Assembly: GCA_013416795.1 (NCBI GenBank)
Contig: RQSC01000020.1
Location: 297,628-304,305, forward strand
DNA: 6,678 nucleotides
Direction of reading: 5' to 3'
From: Prasinococcaceae sp. CCMP 1430
Lineage: Eukaryota > Plantae > Prasinodermophyta
The position numbers and the translations under genes were made by a program. Positions 1 through 6,678 of the stretch are shown here, in pieces (position 1 is the stretch's first letter; each line of letters starts with the position of its first letter). The notes under the pieces were generated by a model. The model made no database searches, had not been told where the DNA came from, and saw only the letters and a list, made by a program, of their open reading frames with translations.

Positions 1-458
1 CCCCCCCCCCCCCCCCCCGCCCCCTCCAATCGCGCGCGCGCACCCGCGCGTTTGGAACCCGCATCCGTTTTCGACGCGGATTTGCGGAATCCACCCGCAC
101 TCTCACCCGCTTTTCCGGTTTTTTACCCCGTTCCCACAAATCTTCCATTAAATTACCAGTCAAACTCCATACTGAGCGCGCCGCGTGGCGCAGCCGCGTC
201 GCGCGCACGCGGGCTTCTCATCCGCGCCGCTCCGGCCCTCTCGGCCGCGTCGCGATTCGCGCGAGACTCCGCCCCCTTCGATCCCACTTTTCGATGATTC
301 ACCCGACCAACCTCGATCCGAAGCGCGCGGCGCGGCGACGGCCGCGTCGCGCTTCGACCCGGGGTCGCATCCGCGGCTCGCCGCCGGGGGGCCGATGCGT
401 GGATTCGGCCGTATCGGGGAAAAACGCCAGACGCGGCGCGGAATCCAGGAAAGAGGTG

Positions 459-482
459 CGCGCGCGCGCGCGCGCGCGCGCG
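459..482. repeat. (CG)12 microsatellite
   Basis: Perfect CG dinucleotide run. Similar runs lie at about 947-960, 1097-1114 and 4105-4126 ((CG)11). Confidence 0.95.
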
Positions 483-814
483 CCGCGCGGCCGCCGTCCA
501 CCGAATGAAAACCCGAATACTTGTTTGGGTTTGGTATATCAATTATGATGCAATGGTGTTTTTTTGGAGCCTTGTTTGGCGCGCGCGCGCGCGGCGTTGT
601 CAGCACGCAGCACGGCCACGCGCGCGCGCACGCGCGCGACTTCGCAATTCGCGCACGCGCCAAAACCCTTCCGCGTGTTTGTACAAGATGAATATGAATC
701 ACAATTTGGCAAATTGAGCGGAAAGACCTTCCGAAATGCGCGCACGCGCTTGCACGCCGGCGCGTGGGGATTGAGAAGATGCGACGCCGCACACACGGCA
801 GGCGACACGCCCGA

Positions 815-1111
815 AGACTCCATGGATTCCAAAATGGAATCCACTTTTGTGTGGGTTTATCGTAACATATGGAATCCATTTCCATGGTGTAATAACGTGT
901 CAAAGTGATATGCGGATTCGGTGGCTGAGCTGCGCCAGCGCGACCCGCGCGCGCGCGCGCACTGCAGACTCCATGGATTCCAAACTGGAATCCATTTTTG
1001 TGTGGGTTTATCGTACAATATTGAATCCCTTTTCAAGGCGTAATAACGTTCCAAAGTGCTATGTGGATTCGGTGCCTGCGATGCGCCAGCGCGACCCGCG
1101 CGCGCGCGCGC
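815..1111. repeat. Head-to-tail tandem duplication, period 151 bp
   Basis: 815-960 aligns to 966-1111 without gaps: 130/146 identical by hand count. Each unit ends in CGACC(CG)n. Confidence 0.95.
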
Positions 1112-1349
1112 GCGCCGCCGTCCTCATCCGCGCGCGGCGCAACGGAACTCGCGCAAACGGCGTTCGCGCGGCCGCGCCGGCCGGGGAAGAGGACGCACCG
1201 CATGGGGACTTCGCGGAGGGCCGGCAATTTCGCGGCGGCCGGGCCGCAAAGCCCGCCGGGCGCGCGCGGCCGGCGCCCGCATGCAAACGCACATAACAAC
1301 GCACCCGCACCAAAAAGAGTCTACGACTCTCCCGTGGCGCTCCATGAGC

Positions 1350-1354
1350 TTACA
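1350..1354 (-). terminator. Possible TGTAA polyadenylation signal of the Rieske-like gene
   Basis: Nearest exact TGTAA on the minus strand downstream of the stop at 2015, about 660 nt away. The distance makes it uncertain. Confidence 0.3.
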
Positions 1355-1544
1355 ACGACTGGTAGGAGAAGAAACAGGGTCGCTCGACGCGTGACGTGAG
1401 CCTTTTTTTTTTTTTACTTTTTCTTTACTGTAAACATCCGTGGAGGCGGTCGCCCCATCATCATACCCCATGTTGGCCGTGTTTTTATTTTTTATTTTTA
1501 TTTTAAAACGCTCTTTCTTTGCGACGCTGATTTCCCCAGCGCCG

Positions 1545-1670
1545 AATTCGTTCGGTGGCGTTCGCCGTGGCCAATTGGGCAATTCCGTATCTGAGCGCGG
1601 AATTCGACCCGCAATTGGCCGTGGGCGAACCGTCAATCGGAGGAATTGTCGAGTCGAGTTTTTTTTTTTT
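1545..1670 (+). ncRNA. Candidate structured RNA: long imperfect hairpin followed by T12
   Basis: Hand folding of 1545-1647 gives about 36 Watson-Crick plus 6 G-U pairs with an 8-nt loop (1589-1596), and T12 follows at 1659-1670. The inverted repeat is seen directly; transcription is unproven. Confidence 0.35.
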
Positions 1671-2014
1671 GGCGTGGGGTCCCTCTTTGACCCTCTCCCT
1701 TCTTTCGAATGAACGGGTCACATTTTCTGCTCTTTTTTGGTTTTCTTTTCTTATGGTCGCTTTCGTTTTGATGTTGAAAGTGTGCTCTTTTTTTTTTTGA
1801 GGGTGAGTTTTTTTGGGGGGTCATCCCGCCTGGCCGAGGGGCGCCGGCAAGGGCGGGCACCCCCCCCCCGGGGGGAGCGCCCGGCACACGCACGGAGGCT
1901 CGGCGGGCCCCTGTGGGGACGCGCTGACGGGCGGCCTCCGCACCCTGGGAGGGCGCTCGCTGCAGTGGCGCTCCGCGCGGCGGCCGAGGGAGTCGGAGTG
2001 GACCGAGGGCGCTC

Positions 2015-2852
2015 TTACTGCTGCGGGAGCGCGCGGCGCTCGCGCTTGACGGCGACCACGCCGTCGTCGAGCACCTTGACGTCGTACACTGGGGGGGGGG
2101 GCGTTGCGCGGACGTGCAAGCGTGGGAGCGCGCGCGAGCGTCAGATCGCGGGCATGCCAGCGCCGCTGCGAGCGCATGCGCAAGCGCCGGCGCCGGCGTG
2201 CGCAGGGGCGCGCGCGCACGCACCGCCGATGGCCTTGGGCGTCTCGTCCTTCTTCAGCACCGCGAGCCCCTTCCGCAGCAGCCCGCCCATCCCGTCGCCG
2301 CCATCCGACGGGCACCACTCCAGCACCTCGCCCGTCACGAGGTCGTACACGGTACCGTCGAGCGGCACCTCCACCGCCAGGCCCGCGCTCCCGCGATCGC
2401 GGAGGACTTTGACGTCGATGGTCGGGTAGCCCCACGCGGTGGAGTTGGCCTCGATGCAGTGGAGCTCGCCGTCGACGTTCAGCAGCGTGTAGCCGCGATC
2501 GCCGAAGAAGAACGGGAATCCGCGCGCCGCGTTGGCCTCGGGCACCTGAGGGAGCGTCCGCGCGGGTGTTGTGTTAGCGCCTCCGCGCGCGCGAGCCTCT
2601 CCCTCTGCCGCTGTCTCTGTCCCTGCCTCCATCTCTGAGGGCGAGCGCGTGCGCGCGCGCGTTTCTCTCCATGCGCGCGTTCGCGCGCGCGCACCTGATC
2701 GAGCCTGCACGCGGCGCCGTAGCCCTCCGGCACCCTGCTCGCCTTCTGCGGCTTCGCCTTGCCGCCGCCGCGCTTGCTGCCACCCGGCTTTGCCGCGGGC
2801 GCGCGCGCGCCGCCGAAGCCGCCGCCGCTCTTGCCCTTGGCCGCGCAGCGCG
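2015..2852 (-). CDS. Rieske-fold (ferredoxin-like) protein lacking Fe-S ligands, probably plastid-targeted; 5' part lies in the gap. Exons join(2852..2695, 2545..2224, 2088..2015)
   Basis: Three exons join in frame through GT-AG introns (phase 0, then phase 1) to give ...RCAAKGKSGGGFGG...YGAACRLDQ|VPEANAARGFPFFFGDRGYTLLNVDGELHCIEANSTAWGYPTIDVKVLRDRGSAGLAVEVPLDGTVYDLVTGEVLEWCPSDGGDGMGGLLRKGLAVLKKDETPKAIG|VYDVKVLDDGVVAVKRERRALPQQ*, with TAA at 2017-2015. The pattern LLNVDGELHCIE...VEVPLDGTVYDLVTGEV..W.P...YDVKV matches the Rieske ferredoxin fold as I recall it. RCAAKGKSGGGFGG resembles the junction after a green-algal transit peptide (inference). Confidence 0.85.
2089..2223 (-). other. Spliceosomal intron (135 nt, phase 1) of the Rieske-like gene
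   Basis: Donor GCG|GTGCGT at 2223, CTGAC at 2144-2140, acceptor C10-AG|TG at 2089. Splicing creates the Val codon of IG-V-YDVKV. Confidence 0.85.
2546..2694 (-). other. Spliceosomal intron (149 nt, phase 0) of the Rieske-like gene
   Basis: Donor CAG|GTGCGC at 2694, branch point CTAAC at 2577-2573, acceptor CTCCCTCAG|GTG at 2546. The reading frame is preserved. Confidence 0.85.
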
Positions 2853-3485
2853 NNNNNNNNNNNNNNNNNNNNNNNNNNNNNNNNNNNNNNNNNNNNNNNN
2901 NNNNNNNNNNNNNNNNNNNNNNNNNNNNNNNNNNNNNNNNNNNNNNNNNNNNNNNNNNNNNNNNNNNNNNNNNNNNNNNNNNNNNNNNNNNNNNNNNNNN
3001 NNNNNNNNNNNNNNNNNNNNNNNNNNNNNNNNNNNNNNNNNNNNNNNNNNNNNNNNNNNNNNNNNNNNNNNNNNNNNNNNNNNNNNNNNNNNNNNNNNNN
3101 NNNNNNNNNNNNNNNNNNNNNNNNNNNNNNNNNNNNNNNNNNNNNNNNNNNNNNNNNNNNNNNNNNNNNNNNNNNNNNNNNNNNNNNNNNNNNNNNNNNN
3201 NNNNNNNNNNNNNNNNNNNNNNNNNNNNNNNNNNNNNNNNNNNNNNNNNNNNNNNNNNNNNNNNNNNNNNNNNNNNNNNNNNNNNNNNNNNNNNNNNNNN
3301 NNNNNNNNNNNNNNNNNNNNNNNNNNNNNNNNNNNNNNNNNNNNNNNNNNNNNNNNNNNNNNNNNNNNNNNNNNNNNNNNNNNNNNNNNNNNNNNNNNNN
3401 NNNNNNNNNNNNNNNNNNNNNNNNNNNNNNNNNNNNNNNNNNNNNNNNNNNNNNNNNNNNNNNNNNNNNNNNNNNNNNNNNNNNN
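2853..3485. other. Assembly gap (633 N)
   Basis: Run of N that probably hides the transit-peptide-coding part of the Rieske-like gene. Confidence 1.
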
Positions 3486-3487
3486 AC

Positions 3488-3490
3488 CAT
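3488..3490 (-). other. Probable start codon of the Rieske-like gene
   Basis: The minus strand reads GCGGCG-ATG-GT immediately before the gap, with a purine at -3 and G at +4, on the same strand as and upstream of the gene. The GT could be a Val codon or a donor after an ATG-only exon. This cannot be verified across 633 N. Confidence 0.45.
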
Positions 3491-4235
3491 CGCCGCCGGC
3501 GCCGCGCGCGCAGCGGGAGGCGCCCCTCCGGAGCGGCCCGCGGGGCGCACGACGCGTGCGCGCGGTCCTCTGGCACCCTTTCCACCTAGCGTGCGTCCAG
3601 CCTCCCCGACGGCACCCTCAGCACGCGGGCGCGGCGGCGAGGGCGAGTGAGCGGCACGCCGAGGCATGGCTCATCCCTGCTGTCGCCACACCACCCCGAG
3701 CTTGCCTTGAATTTGATCACTGTCTGGGGCGTTCCCCGTCCGCCCGCCCTCGTCGAGCACTAGCTAGGGTTGTCTGTGCGGTCACGGCCGGAAAGTCCAC
3801 GGCACACGTACAGGACACCATCATGAAGGAACAGTGCAGTGCTGATGGTACTGCCCACCTGTGCGAGGCCCTCACACATTTAGGGCAAATTTCGACCCCG
3901 AACCGGGTTATGGATAGAGCTGCGGTTTGATGCAAAAAGCGCATCCTTCTCCGTAAAAAAACATATCATTCGTCATGAACTTCGATTTTTTCACATGTTG
4001 TATATATTAACTCGCCCGTGGGGTCAAGTGACACGGTATCCCATGAGGTGACGTGGCAGACTGACAGCACCCGCAGGCACGCGCACCACGCCGCACAGCA
4101 CACACGCGCGCGCGCGCGCGCGCGCGCAGAGACGCACACGTGCGTGCGTGTGTGCGCACATGCTCGTGCGTGCGCGGGCGCGCCCGCGCGCGCACGCGCG
4201 CCCGAGCGCTCGCACTGTGTACTGTACACGGTAGT

Positions 4236-4240
4236 TTACA
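4236..4240 (-). terminator. Candidate TGTAA polyadenylation signal of the zinc-finger gene
   Basis: TTACA on + (TGTAA on -) about 127 nt after the stop codon. UGUAA is the established major poly(A) signal of Chlamydomonas and related chlorophytes. Confidence 0.6.
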
Positions 4241-4334
4241 AGATTTGCGGGGATGACACGCGCAGGTGCGTGCGTGCGTGTGCGTCCGCGCGTGCGTGCG
4301 CGTGTCTTGTGCGTGCGTCGTGCGCACACACGAA

Positions 4335-4352
4335 CACACACACACACACACA
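4335..4352. repeat. (CA)9 microsatellite in the presumed 3' UTR of the zinc-finger gene
   Basis: Read directly from the sequence. Confidence 0.9.
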
Positions 4353-4366
4353 CGCGCGCGGCAGGC

Positions 4367-5012
4367 TCAGTTGTACAGCACGCCACTGCCCAAGCAGTTG
4401 AGGCATTTCTGCACCCCCGTGCCCCCGCACGCCGGGCACGTTGCCGTGCGGCGCACGCGCGGGGGGCCGGACACGCCAGGGAGCGGGGGCTGGTACGGGA
4501 CGCCCAGCGAGCTGCGTGCGTGCGCGTGCGCATGTGCGTGCGTTCGCATGCACGTCAGCTGCAGCTCGCTCGCTACGGCCAACGCCAAAGTGTGTGTGTG
4601 CGCACGCGTTCACACACGCATGTACACACGAAGGATGTACGCACGCGCACGCTCACGCACGCTCACACACGCACACACACGCGCACACACGCGCACACAC
4701 GCGCGCACACACATGCGCGCACGAACGCACGCACGCAGCAGGGCGGGCACACCAACACACGCGCAGGCACATGCAGCGCGCAGGCTCACCCTCCACAACA
4801 CGCGCACGGCGCGCGCACGCCTGTGCCCCCGCATGCGCCGCACGCGCGCGCGCTGCCGGCGGCGTGCCGCCGGTGCGCGGCGGTGGCGAGCTGCACGCAC
4901 TGCGTGTGCGCGCCCGTGCGAGCGCGTACGTGCGTGTGTGAGCAAGCGCGAGAAAGGGCGTCAGCGCAGTCCAGGCGGTAACTCGCGCACCCATACGCCC
5001 ACACACGCAGCG

Positions 5013-5044
<32 letters not shown>

Positions 5045-5191
5045 CACACACGCACACACACACAGCCGCACCTTGACGCTGGCGGCGTAGGTGCCACCCA
5101 TGACGACGCCGGTGGCGGCCAGCGCGCCGCCCATGCCCGCGAACGTCGCCACGGCGGGGTTGCGCAGCGCATCGGCGAAGAGCGCTCGCAT
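4367..5191 (-). CDS. Small DnaJ-type zinc-finger (CxxCxGxG x4) protein without J-domain, 124 aa. Exons join(5191..5072, 4899..4790, 4511..4367)
   Basis: Spliced ORF MRALFADALRNPAVATFAGMGGALAATGVVMGGTYAASVK|CVQLATAAHRRHAAGSARACGACGGTGVRAPCACCGG|GSLGVPYQPPLPGVSGPPRVRRTATCPACGGTGVQKCLNCLGSGVLYN*; 120+110+145 = 375 nt. Motifs are CGACGGTG, CACCGGGS, CPACGGTG and CLNCLGSG. The ATG context is GCCGCCGCG-ATG and TGA is at 4369-4367. An additional upstream exon in the gap cannot be excluded. Confidence 0.85.
4512..4789 (-). other. Spliceosomal intron 2 (278 nt, phase 2) of the zinc-finger gene
   Basis: Donor GG|GTGAGC at 4789, CTGAC at 4558-4554, acceptor CACGCAG|C at 4512. Splicing joins zinc motifs 1-2 to motifs 3-4 in frame. 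Confidence 0.85.
4900..5071 (-). other. Spliceosomal intron 1 (172 nt, phase 0) of the zinc-finger gene
   Basis: Donor AAG|GTGCGG at 5071, CTGAC at 4964-4960, and first downstream AG (CACGCAG) at 4901-4900. An alternative in-frame CAG lies at 4893-4891. Confidence 0.75.
5013..5064. repeat. Interrupted (CA)n microsatellite in intron 1 of the zinc-finger gene
   Basis: (CA)12 at 5013-5036 followed by CG-interrupted CA runs. Confidence 0.95.
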
Positions 5192-5258
5192 CGCGGCGGC
5201 CAGCGCCGTGCGCGCGCGCGCGCGTGCTCGTGTGTGTGCGTGTGCGGTTGCGCGCGTG

Positions 5259-5276
5259 TCTCTCTCTCTCTCTCTC
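5259..5276. repeat. (TC)9 microsatellite upstream of the zinc-finger ATG
   Basis: Read directly from the sequence. Confidence 0.9.
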
Positions 5277-5476
5277 GCGCGCGTGCGTTTGCGCGTGTGC
5301 GTGCGTGTCGTGCCGCGCGCGCGTTCGTGCGCGTGCGCGCACGCGAGCTCCTGTGTGCCCTTGCGTCCGTGCGAGTGCTTGGACGTGCGCACGTGCGCGT
5401 CCTCGCACTCGCACTCCCACTCGCGCTCGCACGCTCGCGCGCTCGCTGCGCCCGCGCGCGGGCGCGCGCGTGTGTG

Positions 5477-6160
5477 NNNNNNNNNNNNNNNNNNNNNNNN
5501 NNNNNNNNNNNNNNNNNNNNNNNNNNNNNNNNNNNNNNNNNNNNNNNNNNNNNNNNNNNNNNNNNNNNNNNNNNNNNNNNNNNNNNNNNNNNNNNNNNNN
5601 NNNNNNNNNNNNNNNNNNNNNNNNNNNNNNNNNNNNNNNNNNNNNNNNNNNNNNNNNNNNNNNNNNNNNNNNNNNNNNNNNNNNNNNNNNNNNNNNNNNN
5701 NNNNNNNNNNNNNNNNNNNNNNNNNNNNNNNNNNNNNNNNNNNNNNNNNNNNNNNNNNNNNNNNNNNNNNNNNNNNNNNNNNNNNNNNNNNNNNNNNNNN
5801 NNNNNNNNNNNNNNNNNNNNNNNNNNNNNNNNNNNNNNNNNNNNNNNNNNNNNNNNNNNNNNNNNNNNNNNNNNNNNNNNNNNNNNNNNNNNNNNNNNNN
5901 NNNNNNNNNNNNNNNNNNNNNNNNNNNNNNNNNNNNNNNNNNNNNNNNNNNNNNNNNNNNNNNNNNNNNNNNNNNNNNNNNNNNNNNNNNNNNNNNNNNN
6001 NNNNNNNNNNNNNNNNNNNNNNNNNNNNNNNNNNNNNNNNNNNNNNNNNNNNNNNNNNNNNNNNNNNNNNNNNNNNNNNNNNNNNNNNNNNNNNNNNNNN
6101 NNNNNNNNNNNNNNNNNNNNNNNNNNNNNNNNNNNNNNNNNNNNNNNNNNNNNNNNNNNN
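5477..6160. other. Assembly gap (684 N)
   Basis: Run of N that probably hides the PGM start codon and the divergent promoter region. Confidence 1.
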
Positions 6161-6162
6161 CG

Positions 6163-6678
<516 letters not shown>

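Noticed and set aside
1-18. C18 homopolymer as a G-quadruplex or regulatory element
   Set aside because: It lies at the sequence edge, where short-read contigs commonly break, so its length and context are unreliable.
277-360. B-box-like TTCGA(T/C)CC motifs (277, 353; also 1603 and 3891) suggesting a tRNA or SINE
   Set aside because: No GGTTCGA consensus, no appropriately spaced A-box and no cloverleaf could be built.
815-1111. Tandem units as a CRISPR array or as a coding repeat (VWVYR / YDKPTQKWIP peptides)
   Set aside because: There are only two adjacent 151-bp units, no unique spacers, no cas genes, and the context is eukaryotic. Substitutions between units mostly change amino acids, and unit 1 has a stop in the + frame.
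1555-1800. 81-aa hydrophobic ORF with a GTG start overlapping the hairpin
   Set aside because: The hydrophobicity derives from T-tracts (Phe/Leu codons), the start is non-ATG, and no family motif is present.
3879-3885. TTTAGGG telomere-like heptamer
   Set aside because: It is a single isolated copy, which is expected by chance.
4251-4261. GGATGACACGC, identical to an 11-mer in U6 snRNA
   Set aside because: There is no ACAGAGA box or internal stem-loop upstream and no U6 3' end, so this is a chance match.
4266-4364. Plus-strand intron-like segment CAG|GTGCGT...GGCAG
   Set aside because: No CTRAC branch point and no flanking + strand coding frame. It is explained by TG/CA repeats in the minus-strand 3' UTR.

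Overview
Very GC-rich eukaryotic genomic DNA, not prokaryotic, with two assembly gaps (N at 2853-3485 and 5477-6160). It is most likely from a chlorophyte green alga. The evidence is a plastid-type phosphoglucomutase, GTGCGY/GTGAGC donors, CTRAC branch points and a TGTAA poly(A) signal. Manual splicing yields three genes that the ORF track does not show. (1) On the minus strand, a three-exon-visible, probably plastid-targeted Rieske-fold protein in which all four [2Fe-2S] ligands are substituted (2015-2852, probable ATG at 3490). (2) On the minus strand, a complete three-exon 124-aa DnaJ-type CxxCxGxG zinc-finger protein with no J-domain (4367-5191). (3) On the plus strand, the N-terminal part of a plastidial phosphoglucomutase (6163-6626). 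Bases 1-2000 look non-coding. They hold an 89%-identical 151-bp tandem duplication, (CG)n runs, T-tracts and a roughly 100-nt G-U-rich hairpin followed by T12, which is the best candidate for an undescribed element (structured ncRNA or pre-miRNA). Nearly all ORFs in the supplied track are artefacts of GC/CA microsatellites. I see no CRISPR array, transposase or multi-gene novel system. The findings are candidates, not discoveries.
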